Source of the DNA: Eledone cirrhosa
Taxonomy: Eukaryota
DNA: 64,000 bases
Direction of reading: 5' to 3'
Assembly: GCA_964016885.1 (NCBI GenBank)
Contig: OZ024742.1
Span: 204,166,001 to 204,230,000 of the forward strand
A program made the translations under genes and the position numbers. Numbering within the stretch: the first letter of the stretch is position 1; each line of letters begins with the position of its first letter. Under the pieces are notes generated by a model that was not told the DNA's origin, did not search any database, and worked only from the letters and a program-made list of their open reading frames with translations. Of this stretch, positions 28,298-42,304 are shown in pieces.

Positions 28298-28352
28298 ACT
28301 GCCTGAAGAGGTCACACCCAAAGATGGCTGTCACTGAAATATATATAGCAGT
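28298..28352 (+). ncRNA. Type I hammerhead (family B), inverted partner
   Basis: Same fold; stem II has a few mismatches. Confidence 0.82.
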
Positions 28353-28476
28353 AATAAACGAAGCCAAATTTTAAACATTTGACTTATTTATTTTATTTTA
28401 TGTATATAACTATATAGATAGCTAGATATATACGCATATATATATATATATGTATGTATACAGACACGCACACATT

Positions 28477-28545
<69 letters not shown>

Positions 28546-29069
28546 TAGAGAGAGAGAGAATTCAATGTATGTGTCTGAAACTATAGAGGCAGAGAAAGAG
28601 AGAGAGAGGGGGAGAGAGAGAGTTGTATCCTGAAAGTGTTATGTAAAATATATTCTAAGAAATTCTAATTCTTTCTTTGTCATTCCATCATCTCAAATTG
28701 CACTGAGCCGCCCACGGCTAAAAACAAACTTCATTTTCTGAGCGGCGGCCATCAGAATCAATAACAGAAATTGGTAAAGAATAGTTTAAAATTATCTTTG
28801 GATTGTCTTCAGCTGCAGGCAAAAAGATTCTTGTATTTCGATAGAGACAACGCTGCCAACTCTACATTTTTAAAACTTTTGTTTAGTTACCGAAATTCAC
28901 TTCGCACTCAAGTGTTTCCGGGCTCGGTTACATTGTGCAGTGGCAGGCTCAAGTGGACTGAAAAGTTGTGGGTGAAGTGGAATTGTGTAGACTGAAACAA
29001 TGTGGAAGCCCGTCAGATTGTGTCATGCTGAGTGTGTATTAGTAATTTATATAAGTTAAGGGTGTGCGT

Positions 29070-29205
29070 AGGCAGCGAATTGGCAGGGTCGTTAGAACGT
29101 CGGATAGAATGTTTTACGGTATTCGTTCCGGCTCTCTGCTCTCGGAGTTAAAATCCAACCGATGTCAACTTTGCCTTTCATCCTTTCGAGGTCGATAAAA
29201 AAGTA
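29070..29205 (+). mobile_element. SINE copy (diverged)
   Basis: GGCAGCGAATTGGCAG...GCCTTTCATCCTTTCGAGGTCGATAAA. Confidence 0.75.
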
Positions 29206-29225
29206 CTCTTCCTCTATATCTCTTT

Positions 29226-29287
<62 letters not shown>

Positions 29288-30884
29288 GTGAAAGAAATCT
29301 GCTGTACTCGGACCTGGAAAGGAATGGGTTCCACCAGGCTTAAGATACCCAAGAAACGCCGGATGTCAATACGGCGCCCCTACGACACTATCAGGAGTGT
29401 ACGGGACCATACATACAACGGTGTGAATATTCACCCACTTATAATATAAGTAATTTCGTTGATAGAACAATTGGAATACTCATCGTCGAAACTGACGATT
29501 ATCCATTTATATAACTGTGTGTGAGTGAGTGCCTACGTGAGTGTGTTTATGTGTCTGTGCTTTCGTGTGTGTGTATATGTATGTGCGTGTGATTTGTGTA
29601 TTTGAATGTGTGAGTACCTACGTGATTGTGTATTTACGTGTGTGTGCTGTGTGAGTGAGTGCCTACGTGTGAATGAATGTGTGTGTAATTTTAATGTGCG
29701 TATGTGTGTATGAGAGTGCCTAAGTGAATGTGTTTAAATGTGTGTGCCTTCCTGAGTCTGTGTGTGTTTATGGTGGTAATTTCAGAGGCTTATACGATGT
29801 GGAAGCTTCACTCCTTTAGTAACTTTCTTTTATGTATTCAGTAAACTTCACGGATAGTTAAACAATGATTTTAGCCGACTCAGGCTTCCTTGCCCAATAT
29901 GCTGAAGATCAAAACCTGTCAAAGTACCAGCCACTCTCCGATAAATTTATTATCGAACCCATAACAAAATAGAAAACATCTGATATCCTGGTTTCTCGAA
30001 CCACCTAACTACTCGGTACGATCGGGACGAAGATGACCATCAACAAAAACTAGTCCAGGAATTACACATGTTCTTTCAGCGCATTCCCCTCACTATCCTT
30101 CGGATTACCACATTCACTACTCTATCATCTGATACCATGAGGCAATATCTGTCTGGTCTATAAAAAGGTGTAGCCACACTCTAGTACAAATTGTAAAAAA
30201 TTTGCGGAAACTTAGAAATACAAATCCCTTACTGCAAAATATAATCACAATGTAAACATAGTGTCCAGGTTATAAACAAACGTCGCTGATCATATATTTC
30301 TGCTCGATCGAAAATATACTAGGAAAATATATGAGTTGTCATGTATTTTTAATGTGGGGAAGGGGTAAAGAAGGGCAGATATGGATGTATGGGGAAAGTA
30401 GAGGAAAGGACTATAAAAGCCATAAATGAGAGTAAAATGAGGGGGAAAACAAGAAGAAAAGCATTATATGATTTAAGCCAGCGAACGGTCCTCTGCGCTA
30501 TATCAGTGATAGAACAGCCAAATATACCCCAAATCCCACCCTTAACGTCTTCATCAAGGACATTTTAGATAACATAATTCTAGATATATTATGACATTTA
30601 AATAAAAAATGAGATAGTCACTGATGGAAAGATGTTGTATACATCTATTTGATCAAAGCAAATTTGGAGCTAAACAACTGCAATATATGTGATCGCTCGA
30701 CTTGCTACAAATATCAGCCTTTAATAAGGTAATCACTGAAACCTGTTCCAAGTTTATGACTGAGAAATGGAGGTTGTGGTTGTTAGTCCTGTTTCAACCT
30801 GACTTGTGATTGAAGGTGATCCAGCCTTGACACTCTCACCGTTCGATGATAACAACTCCCACAATAGTATAAGATGGTACTTAC

Positions 30885-30994
30885 GTGTTAAAAATGAATA
30901 TGTCTGGCACCCATAATAGCTCTGAAGGAACCACAATCATATTTAAACCCTGGTAGACATCAGGTTCCCATTTCAGATTTTCATCAATCCATTC
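30885..30994 (-). CDS. Nicotinic acetylcholine receptor-family subunit, 110-bp coding exon (EWIDENLKWEPDVYQGLNMIVVPSELLWVPDIFIFN)
   Basis: Polypyrimidine tract then tag|GAATGG...TTTAACAC|gtaagt. WxDxxLxWxP...WxPD motif. The 110-nt length is the conserved nAChR exon, and it is in frame with the 45-bp exon upstream. Confidence 0.95.
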
Positions 30995-31094
30995 CTATTA
31001 GAGACAAAAAAGGATAGAAAAAATATATTTAAAAATATAAAATCAGAAGAAATAAACAAAGAATCGTATTTCTAAGAGTTTAATTAAATTAGTG

Positions 31095-31395
31095 CAGGAG
31101 TAGGTGTGTGGTGGTGCATGGAAGGCTGTGTGGTTGAGGAGTTCGGTATAGGTACAGGCGTGGATATGAGGTTAAGGAGTTCACTATAGGTGCTACTGGT
31201 ATGATTGTGTGGTTAACTAGTGCGCTATAAGTGCATGCATGGATATGTGGTTTGGGAGTTCGCTATAAGTACTGTTATTGTGTGGCTAATTTATTCGCTA
31301 TAGCTTCTGGTATGGTTGTGTGGTTATGGAGTTCGCTATATGTACTGTTATTGTTATGAGGTTAGGAAGTTCGCTATAGGTGCAAGGATGGCTGT
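31095..31395 (+). repeat. Degenerate ~40-bp minisatellite
   Basis: Recurring TGTGGTT..GGAGTTCGCTATA. Confidence 0.7.
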
Positions 31396-31496
31396 ATATA
31401 AACGTATCGGTTACCTTTAGCATAAAAAATGTTTTACATATACTGTATATATATATATACTGTATATATATATATACTGTATATATATATATACTG

Positions 31497-31533
<37 letters not shown>

Positions 31534-31611
31534 ATATATATAAATATATATATATATACAGTATATATATATATACAGTATATATATATATACAGTATAT
31601 ATATATATACA

Positions 31612-31675
<64 letters not shown>

Positions 31676-31906
31676 AATGATGGCGTACTGCGTGGTTGCA
31701 CATGGGTTACATATGAATATAATTAGTCCTTCATCAGTGATCTTCAAACCTTCATTGGTATTTCTTCACTTTAAAGATCATATACCTCTGGTTGGTGCGA
31801 GTTATTGGGACACATAAAATAGGGTGAAGCGAACGGGACATGTAAGCAATCGGTACTATACATGGAAGGGATATATTAGGTTAACGGTTGATATAGCAGG
31901 AAGAGG

Positions 31907-31938
31907 GTCTTAACGTTTCGGAGTCCTTCGTCAGAATA
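31907..31938 (-). ncRNA. Minimal hammerhead motif
   Basis: CTGACGA aGGACTCC GAAAC GTTA; AACGTT palindrome; stem I weak. Confidence 0.55.
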
Positions 31939-32402
31939 AAGAATGAGAAATAAGATAGATTGAGGGGACGGGCGGGTTGGAATTGGAAAAAAATGTATAT
32001 ATTTATCCGGTTTATTCTGATTGGCACAGTTTGAACAAGTTGATCTTCAGGACCAACGAAACGTGTGTACCCGGAATGGCTCCGTTGTAGTAACTGGCTT
32101 TAATATTTATATATATATATATATATATAACATTTGTGTATATGTACCTATACGTGTGGTTGAGAGTATATGCGTGCGTATGTGTGTGTATGCATGTGAG
32201 TATCTATATGTGTGCATTGTGTATATATGTATATATTTATGTGTATATATATATGTGTGTATATATATTTGTAAGTATAAACTTAACTGTGTATATGTTT
32301 GTAACTGTGTATTTGTACTGTATATACTTAACTGTGTATATGTTTGTACTGTATATATGTGTGTATATTTCATGTATATGTATGTGTATATATGTATATG
32401 TG

Positions 32403-32493
<91 letters not shown>

Positions 32494-32745
32494 GTGTATT
32501 AGAAAATAGAATAGCTTTCACCGTATTTTTTACTAAAGGAATTTTAGCCTGATAATGTGGTTTAGAACCCTCAGATGAATGGGAAAAAATGAGTATTGAC
32601 GTACATGGGAGTGAATACTCATCTTTCCCATTTATCTGCGGTTCTAAACCACATTATCAGGCTAAATTTCCTTTAGTCAAAAATACGGTGAAAGCTATTC
32701 TATTTTCTAATTTCAAACCTGCTCACTGTTTCAAAACATATTTAT

Positions 32746-33500
32746 AATAGTGTATATATTTTATCAAATGATTCTATGGACATACTTTATTGTATATTGC
32801 TCTGATTGTTGATTATTTAATTAATTAATTCGTCATTGAGCCACATCGTGAATGGTTGCCAAAAACACAGATATATATATCTATTAGTTTATGTATATCT
32901 ACTAGTTTATGTATATGTAAATCTTTATATTTGATAATCTCCAATATGGTTGAGATGCAATTTAGGCAGTATTAGGCTGCGCTTTCTAGCAACCAGCCCA
33001 CTCGCCGTAAGGCACCAATCACATTCTTTCTGACTTGACCACTGCCACGTCACAGTTCTTAGCCATTTTGAATTCGTTTCTGGCGGGGATCATTTAAGAA
33101 AAATCTTCGTCCAAGTGTGTTTGTTTCCTGATGATTTCGAAACTCGTGAATTTATCCTTGATCGGATATTTCTAAAAAGCGAATGAAACTTCATGGGGTA
33201 GAAACATAATTTTGGTATGTTTATATACATTTTTTCTTCTAACTTTGATGTTATACCTAATTGTGTATGGTTGATGATATATTTAATCGATTTCCACGTG
33301 CTATTAGAAATGCTGGGTAAATATTCTATAGCTGTTGATCGCGGATAGATAGCTGTCGTTTATTTATCTATTATTTCTTGATATGCGCCTTTTAATCTTA
33401 TAGCCTTGTTTAATTGGTTTTTTGTGTGGTTGATTATGCTGATTGGGAGAGAAAATAGTGTATATATTTTATCAAATGATTCTATGAACATACTTTATTG
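32746..33500 (+). mobile_element. Retrozyme-like ~710-bp unit with ~47-bp terminal direct repeat and internal HHR
   Basis: AATAGTGTATATATTTTATCAAATGATTCTATG at 32746 and about 33454; HHR at 33122. Confidence 0.7.
33122..33206 (+). ncRNA. Type I hammerhead with extended stem II
   Basis: TGTTTC CTGATGA tTTCG...CGAAt GAAAC TTC-at-GGG GTA GAAACA. Confidence 0.82.
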
Positions 33501-33564
33501 TTTATATATATATATATTTATATATAGAGATTACATGAAACAAAGTTCTGTTTAAATCATTTAT

Positions 33565-33613
33565 TTGCTTACAATTGTTTCTTCCAAACCGAGGTTTGGA
33601 GTCTTCGGAGCAA
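33565..33613 (-). ncRNA. Type I hammerhead, CCGAAGA core
   Basis: TTGCT CCGAAGA cTCCAAACC-tc-GGTTTGGAa GAAAC AATT GTA AGCAA. Confidence 0.87.
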
Positions 33614-34219
33614 TTATTCAGTGATTTTTAACGTACTTGACCTCCTTTTCAACACAAGAGACATATAGAAACATATGTATATATTGACCCATACTGATGT
33701 TGTTACATTGAGCTATTTAGCTTACTGGTAATAAGATAGTAATAAATTACTGTCTTTCACTATTTTGGGTATAATATATATATAACTATAAAAGGTTTTA
33801 GTATATACATAACCATAAATAGTATCCTTAATACTATATATATTTATATATATTTATTTCATTTTGTTTTATGCATTTGCTTACCACGTGTGTTTGTTTA
33901 TTTATTTTTATTTGTTTTGTTTTTTCCTCTTTCGTATCGCTGTCAACTTGCTAATTTTTTATTTTTTTATTTTTATATTTGACTTTATTTTTAACTTTTA
34001 TTTATTTATTATTTTGATTTCATGTATATGGATTTATCTTTGCCAGTTGATGTGACTGCTTAGCTTGGTCGAGTGTGTATATGTTTGTTTATTTATTTTT
34101 ACTTATTTTTATAATTATGTGTGTGTATATATATGTATGTATGTGTATATATATATATATACATACAAGGGCGGTGCCCCAGCATGGCCTCAGCCGGATG
34201 GCTGAAACAGGTAAAAGAG

Positions 34220-34370
<151 letters not shown>

Positions 34371-34542
34371 TGTGTTTGTGTATTTATGTGTATGTGTATG
34401 TATATTTATATATATATATATGTGTGTGTGTTTATATACTTATATATTTATAATCTTTCTTTCTTCTTCCCTCAGCCCCTCTTTCATATTTCTTATATTT
34501 TTGTTTACAAATCCACATTCAATAAAAACACCAGGATTTTTT

Positions 34543-34599
34543 CATTCTGACGACTGAAAGCAGATTTGTTTGCTTTCAAGAAACCACTGGTTGTTTATG
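34543..34599 (+). ncRNA. Type I hammerhead motif
   Basis: CTGACGA cTGAAAGCAGA-tttg-TTTGCTTTCAa GAAAC cactggtt GTT; stem I short. Confidence 0.72.
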
Positions 34600-34614
34600 T
34601 TGTTTATGACATAA

Positions 34615-34676
<62 letters not shown>

Positions 34677-34677
<1 letters not shown>

Positions 34678-34941
34678 AGGAGGTTATAGTTCACTTGAAG
34701 CATTGTGTAATGAGGTATAAACGTTAGAATATGTGTAATAAGGCCAAGACAATGCAGATATGGACATAGAAAAAAGAATGCAATAGTGAAAGATATTGAT
34801 GAGAATTCGTCTTTCACCTTGAATTTATTTAAATAAATTCAAGGTGAAAGACGAATTCTCATCAATATCTTTCACTATTGCATTCTTTTTTCTATGTCCA
34901 TATCTGCATTGTCTTGGCCTTATTACACATATTCTAACGTT
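34677..34941. mobile_element. Family K fold-back element; perfect palindrome with ~110-bp arms centred near 34830
   Basis: About 34720-34830 is the reverse complement of 34831-34941. Arms carry GGT GAAA GA-cgaat-TC TC, a candidate hammerhead 3' half. Tail resembles 4380-4420. Confidence 0.75.
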
Positions 34942-35135
34942 TATATATATATATATATATAGACAAAGAGATGAAATCGAAAATGCAACTGGAGTCTTAT
35001 TTAAAAAAAATATATATTTAAACGGAATAGAAAATGCTGACAAATTGTTCACAGTTGAAAAATGGTTTAATTAGGATAAAAGAGTATTAGTGATTGTATG
35101 GGTTAGTATTCAGTTGTGGTTTTAAGTTTTTAAGT

Positions 35136-35172
35136 TTCTACCGGTTGCGCATTTCTAAATGCTTTTCAAAAA
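35136..35172 (-). ncRNA. Hammerhead-like motif (family Q; TTGAAAA core, GCAA in place of GAAA)
   Basis: TTGAAAA GCATT..AATGC GCAAC CG GTA. Confidence 0.55.
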
Positions 35173-35231
35173 TAATTCTGAGATAGAGTGTCCGTGTTGT
35201 TTGCTCTGATCTATCTATATATATATATATA

Positions 35232-36012
<781 letters not shown>

Positions 36013-36306
36013 TTATTAGAATGCTGTTGAAGTGTGTATACATTTTCGGGACATCCTGTATACACACAAACACATACACTCACACACACACACACATATA
36101 TATATAATCATTATACACACACACACACATATATATATGTGTGTGTGTGTGTGTATGTGTGTGTGAGCATAATGATTATGTTAACATGTTTAAATCCATA
36201 CAATTTACAATACAAAGGAAGTATTGTGAATTTAAGAAAAGAACTGCCAACAGGAATATCGGAAATATTCTCAGCATGCATATATTCATAAAAAATATTG
36301 ACTTAC

Positions 36307-36351
36307 CTCATAGATCCATACTGCTGTTGTTAGAACTTGGTTTTTCTCGTC
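36307..36351 (-). CDS. Nicotinic acetylcholine receptor-family (Cys-loop) subunit, 45-bp coding exon (DEKNQVLTTAVWIYE)
   Basis: Minus strand reads tcttctttcag|GACGAGAAAAACCAAGTT...TGGATCTATGAG|gtaagt. Canonical splice sites. Peptide and 45-nt length match the conserved nAChR DEKNQxxTTxxW exon (loop D Trp). Confidence 0.93.
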
Positions 36352-36724
36352 CTGAAAGAAGATTTAAACATGAAAATTGAAATATATTAAGAAACAATGA
36401 AACTTATAAATTCTTATATAATATTCAAAATATGTACACATGATATAATAAATAAATATTTCAGCGGAATAAATTCTGTTGGAAGTATTTTGACTGTGTG
36501 TTCGGTTTGTAAAATAGCTTTCTACCTCCCTCCCACTAGATCATGGACTCTGGAGTGTGGCGGACACTATCCTCCTTCCTCAATAAAAACCGGTGCTGAA
36601 TACTATATCTATCTAGCTCTCCAATATACTGTATCTAACCGTCCAATATACTGCACTATATTCAAATACCCCCAATGTTTATGTTAACTTTTATTTCTCT
36701 TGAATCGGTAATATAATTGTTTCT

Positions 36725-37005
36725 AATCTACGCACAAGGCCAGCAATTTTGGGGAAGGGGAAAGTCGATTAAATCGACGCCAATGCATAACTGGTGCTTT
36801 ATTTTATCGATTCCGTGAGGATAAAAGGCAAAGCTAACCTCGACGGGATTTGAACTCAGAACATTAAGGGAATGATTTGAACTCAGAACATTAAGGGAAT
36901 GTGCCGTAAAGCATGGTGTTCGAACTATGCCGTAAAGCATGGTGTTCGAACTATGCCGTAAAGCATGGTGTTCGAAGCTCTAACGATTCTGCTAATCCAC
37001 CTGCC
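36725..37005 (-). mobile_element. SINE copy with internal tandem duplications
   Basis: SINE core; GATTTGAACTCAGAACATTAAGGGAAT x2 and GCCGTAAAGCATGGTGTTCGAA x3. Confidence 0.8.
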
Positions 37006-37564
37006 AATCCTAATCGATAATATAATACCCGTAATATATTACGGTCATTTCTTTTAATTAAAGCTCTTCCTCTAATAAAATAGCAAATTCTTGATTGACC
37101 AACAAGGTAGCATCTATGCAGTCAGTTGTCTTGTTAGAAATAGCAGCTAAATATCCCACAGATTAAATACCAATGATCAGGACTAATCACCTGGCCACGG
37201 GACCACATCAATCTGGATGTGACCAGTGAGGTCAAGTAGACATTTTTAAATACCATCATCAGAAGAACACAAAGATGCTTCGAAATAGTTTTGTTTAGTT
37301 GGAACCGAAAGATGAGAGGGAGTGAAGATGAGATATGTTTTACTGTGAGGAGAATTAACGTATTATTATATAAATTCTACTGAATGTCGTTAATGTAAAC
37401 CACTCTTTAATAACATATCATTGCTTAAAGTTAATGTCTACTTATGGAAACCTGATCGTTCATAAATTACTTATAGAAATATTCATACATACAAAAGAAT
37501 GAAATTTATAAACAAATACTCATATATATATGTATATACGTATCCAGGGAGTGTAACGTGAAGT

Positions 37565-37672
<108 letters not shown>

Positions 37673-37768
37673 ATACTTGGGGAGGGTCATATTTTTGTAA
37701 TATTGCCAGAATTAATAACAGAACACACTCACTGTTTGGTTGGTTTTCGCTAAACTAATTCATCGCCG

Positions 37769-37803
<35 letters not shown>

Positions 37804-37926
37804 GGAGGTGAGTTTTATTGTAGTACAATAAAGCAATACCGATATCGGATAAGAAGCACTCTACAGTTTGTAGGACTGGAGTATACATAATATATAAGAT
37901 CAAAAGATGGTTAAATGAGTTCCATG

Positions 37927-37993
37927 TATTTTATTATGCGCATTTCAAAAACAAATATCATCATGCAATAACATTTGTGTTTTCATCAGATAA
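37927..37993 (-). ncRNA. Type I hammerhead (family P-like) forming the loop of a fold-back
   Basis: TTAT CTGATGA AAACACAAATGTT...GATATTTGTTTTT GAAA TGCGC ATA ATAA; ATGCGCAT palindrome. Confidence 0.8.
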
Positions 37994-38039
37994 TGCGCAT
38001 AATAAAATACATGGAACTCATTTAACCATCTTTTGATCT

Positions 38040-38079
<40 letters not shown>

Positions 38080-38081
<2 letters not shown>

Positions 38082-38541
38082 AATAGAATGAAACGAAATT
38101 TCATTTCTCACTCTTAGTACGGCATTTACTTAAATGTAAGTATGTATGTATGTACACGTACATACATATATGTATACAGACGTACAGTAGTATGTATATA
38201 TATACACACATGCACACATATATATATGCACGTATCGGTTTACCGAACATTTATTATAATACTTGGTTTGTTTGTTTGTAAACAAACAAACAAACAGCCC
38301 GAATTACGCCGTACAGTGTTTAGGCAACCACGTCACCTTTTTGTTCAACACTGATACAGGAACGATGTACTAGTTTCAAGCTTATTAGCTATCATCAGCA
38401 TCGTATACCTTCCTGCCAGATGGTTGAACGTCTGAAAGTATATACTTTCCTTATGCATATTAACGGCTGAGCAGCCTAATTTGCATATCGAGTGAGTTCA
38501 GTCGGCCGGGCACACCGAAAACGATAAATGGAATAGAATGA

Positions 38542-38546
<5 letters not shown>
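38080..38546 (-). mobile_element. Family L unit, circularly permuted, with short terminal direct repeat
   Basis: GGAATAGAATGAAAC at both ends; HHR at 38363; (TA)n flanks. Confidence 0.85.
38363..38403 (-). ncRNA. Type I hammerhead ribozyme (family L)
   Basis: CGATG CTGATGA tAGCT-aata-AGCTt GAAAC TA GTA CATCG. Confidence 0.92.
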
Positions 38547-38589
<43 letters not shown>

Positions 38590-38721
38590 CAATGAGTTAT
38601 TTAATTTGATGATTATTCAACAAATTTAATTTATAACAGATTAGAAGCACTCAACAAAATTCTTCTGGAGTATAATATCAATAATATTAATAAATGGAAG
38701 CTATCTTTATAAAACCATATT

Positions 38722-38782
38722 TATTTTATTATATATATTTCAAGGGTACCAAAATTTTGGTACGCTCTCATCAGATAAAATA
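38722..38782 (-). ncRNA. Type I hammerhead (family P)
   Basis: TATTTTAT CTGATGA gagcGTACCAAAATTTTGGTACcctt GAAA TATAT ATA ATAAAATA. Confidence 0.87.
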
Positions 38783-39525
38783 CAAAAGTTGGTTTACAGA
38801 TAGTGACATATTTAGACAAGAACTTAATGTTGTGAGTTATATTTGAATAGTGAAGAAAAACTTCAAATCACAAGATGAATATGTTTTATCATGAAATATT
38901 AGTTTTATCTATTAAATAAATAACATATATATTCACCAAAACTATTTATATATATATAACTAACCTCTTATAATATAATAAAATATACTTATAATGCAAT
39001 CTCCATAATATTAAAACACACCAATAGAATAGACCCAATCGTATATATGAATACAATATATCTCTCACATTTTAAATTAATATCCTCTCACTTTAACACA
39101 TTTATTTATAATTCACTCATTATATTGTAAATACTTCCAAAATATATAATTAATAATAAAATAAATAAAAATAAATATAGTTATTTCATTCTCTCTACAC
39201 CCTCACAAATATGTTCCAGACAATTATATACGTACATTTCTATAAAAATTATGTTAGTAACTTTAATATATATATTTTCTTAAAATCTTTCCTTAAATTT
39301 TTTTCCACCCTAATAATAACCTCTATTTCCTTTTCTTATTAAAAAAATAATCCTAATAATTATTTAAATTTACCTAGCGTCTAAACATAACGAGCTTTTT
39401 CAGTTTTAACGTTGTCCTCATTAGCATATTCATCTTGTGATTTGAAGTTTATCTTCACTATTCAAATAGAACTCACAACATTAAGTTCTTGTCTGACTAT
39501 GTCAATATCTGTAAACCAACTTTTG

Positions 39526-39586
39526 TATTTTATCTGATGAGAGCGTACCAAAATCTTGGTACCCTTGAAATATATATAATAAAATA
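39526..39586 (+). ncRNA. Type I hammerhead (family P), inverted partner of 38722
   Basis: Same fold; lies in the ~205-bp inverted repeat at about 38677-38885 / 39425-39632. Confidence 0.87.
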
Positions 39587-39735
39587 AATATGGTTTTATA
39601 AAGATAGTTTCCATTTATTAATATTATTGATATATATATATATTATACTCTGCTCTGCGCGAGCATCGAGTGCTCAACTGGCATACCGCCTACCGAGACA
39701 TTTACCTGCAACCCTACAACAAGTATATTTATATG

Positions 39736-39768
<33 letters not shown>

Positions 39769-39830
39769 AAGAGGTAAACAGAAATAACATAACAAACGAC
39801 ACAGTACATGGGAGAATATATTAGTTTAAA

Positions 39831-39872
39831 TCTTGAAATAGCGTTTCGGACACTAGTCCTTCACCAGAAAAT
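39831..39872 (-). ncRNA. Degenerate minimal hammerhead
   Basis: CTGGTGA aGGAC-tagt-GTCC GAAAC gcta; A6G change in the core. Confidence 0.5.
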
Positions 39873-39880
39873 ATAGTTAC

Positions 39881-39970
39881 AAATAGACGCGCGTTTCGTT
39901 ATTGATCAGCTCAAGGTTCGATCTGTATCGATCTCTCCCGACTCTGGAATCAAGAGCTCGTCGGACCTCT
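39881..39970 (-). ncRNA. Hammerhead motif (family H)
   Basis: CCGACGA GCTCTTGAT...ATCAATAAC GAAAC GCGC GTC; homologous to 14730. Confidence 0.65.
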
Positions 39971-39974
39971 GATT

Positions 39975-40027
<53 letters not shown>

Positions 40028-40368
40028 GATGTCAACGTATATCTATATATACGTTGACATCCAAACACAGAATCGCAGCAATGAAAATACTGTGAAAAAA
40101 AAAGCAGGGAAAATAACCTTAAAATAAGTGACGAACAAACACTACACAGAATCGAACTCAGTATCCCTTTAATTCAGCCAGGTGCACGAACAACTACGCA
40201 AATGACAGTTAACAAGATAGTTTGTACAAATTAGAAACTAGAAATAATAACTTTAGTGGTTTGAGTTTTCCTCTATTTATACTGTCTCTGTTATTGAAAT
40301 TTAGATCCTATGTGTGTACAGGTGAAAGTCTGTGGTCGGTAAGTAAATTCTTTTTATGTTATATATAA

Positions 40369-40440
40369 TTGATTCTGATGATTTCTCTACAAAGGTATTG
40401 AAAATAATATTCTTTGGAGAATGAAACATCTGTAAATCAA
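40369..40440 (+). ncRNA. Type I hammerhead ribozyme
   Basis: TTGATT CTGATGA tTTCTC..CAAAG...CTTTG GAGAAt GAAAC ATCT GTA AATCAA. Confidence 0.9.
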
Positions 40441-40516
40441 ATAAATATTGTATTAATTGTTGAACCTTGGTGATCTATTTCTTACGCGTGTAAATATATA
40501 TATATATATCTTCTTA

Positions 40517-40574
<58 letters not shown>

Positions 40575-40886
40575 TATATATTATATATATATATATATAT
40601 TATTTATATATTATATATATATTATATATATATTATATATATTATATATATATATAATATATTATATTTTATATATATATTATATATATATATTATATAC
40701 ATTATATATATATATATATTATATACATTATATATATATATATTATATCATGTTATATATATATATATTATATATATTATATATATATATAATATATTAT
40801 ATTTTATATATATATTATATATATATATTATATACATTATATATATATATATTATATACATTATATATATATATATTATATCATGT

Positions 40887-40996
<110 letters not shown>

Positions 40997-41412
40997 CTAG
41001 ACCTGAAAAATAATATGGACAAATATACAAGTAAATATGATACAACCAATATTATAAGCATGTTATAACGAACTGAAAACAAATAGTTAATAAAAAAATT
41101 TAAAATCATATATAAATTAACAATATAACTTACCAAAATGAGAAAAATATTTTTATGGTAAAACGACGAAATACAGAGGGAAGATTCGAAAGCGAAACGA
41201 TAAATAAACGTGCAAACAAAATGGCGGATGTTTTTGAGGAACAATTACTCTCGTTGTTTGATTAGCCAATAAGACGATGAAATTAGCCAATAAGACGATA
41301 CATTACAAAACATGTTTGGCAGGGTCACCCCTTGAATTTTTTATTCACAAACTACGCATATATGTCAGACACGCAGACTTAAAACATTCTGTTGTTAGTC
41401 ACTGCGTGTCTA

Positions 41413-41487
<75 letters not shown>

Positions 41488-41665
41488 AACCCTTATCATA
41501 TATATATATAGATATATATATATATATGATAAGGGTTGACGGACCCACCATATTTATCAATGCCAGTACCGGTTGTATCTCAGCGCACTGAATGGGCAAT
41601 GTAAGATACATTGCCAGAGTATACACATAGTTATTTGCCTCAACACAACACACATAAAACGGGTG

Positions 41666-41792
41666 CCTATAAGGTCCCCGGACTCGAGTTTCTGCCGCAC
41701 TAATGCAGCAGTAAGGTGCACTGCACAATCTATCTGCATATATTATGCAACAATGCACAATCGGCTTATGCGGCTTCATCAGAGTGTATAGC
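41666..41792 (-). ncRNA. Hammerhead motif with ~80-nt stem II domain
   Basis: CTGATGA aGCCGCA...TGCGGCa GAAAC TCGA GTC; stem I imperfect. Confidence 0.62.
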
Positions 41793-42267
41793 CTAATCAA
41801 TAACCAATCGATCGACAGAATCCAAACAACAGCCCATGCCGGTCATGACTGTTTGTGACAACCAACACGGTAAAGCAATTAGCAACTTGCAACCGATAGG
41901 ACTCTATCTCTCAACTAGCCACTGATTTACAAATTTTACGTGGGGACGTGAAGCTAAAAAGAATCAAGCTTTTAGTTCCTGTCAGAAGCTCTCAGCCAAC
42001 ATGTCTCACACACAAATTATCAAGGGGTGAAAAGATGGCTATTAGAAATAGCAGTTCACATTGATATAAAATAGAATGGTAGCATTCGGTTCATGTCTCC
42101 AAGTCCCATGGCTAGAGGAAAGCGATGGTGACAATGGTAGTGCCAAGAACCTTTAACGGATTTTAATTGCGATCATCCATTATATATCAATATAGTAGCG
42201 ATTGGTTGTATCATATTTACTTGTATATTTGTCCATATTATTTTTCAGGTCTAGTATATATATATAT

Positions 42268-42299
<32 letters not shown>

Positions 42300-42304
<5 letters not shown>

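Noticed and set aside
28005-28400. All palindromes being assembly artefacts
   Set aside because: Most arm pairs differ by several substitutions and indels, consistent with real aged duplications. Only the perfect ones (34720-34941, 2722-3681) need read validation.
29780-30260. Possible ancient LINE RT remnant (YAED-like)
   Set aside because: Multiple stops and no second motif recognisable.
32004-32078. Possible degraded hammerhead (CTGATTGG...CCAAC GAAAC GTGT GTA); similar weak cases at 15400-15435 and 19245-19420 / 25430-25550
   Set aside because: Core or stems too damaged to call by eye.
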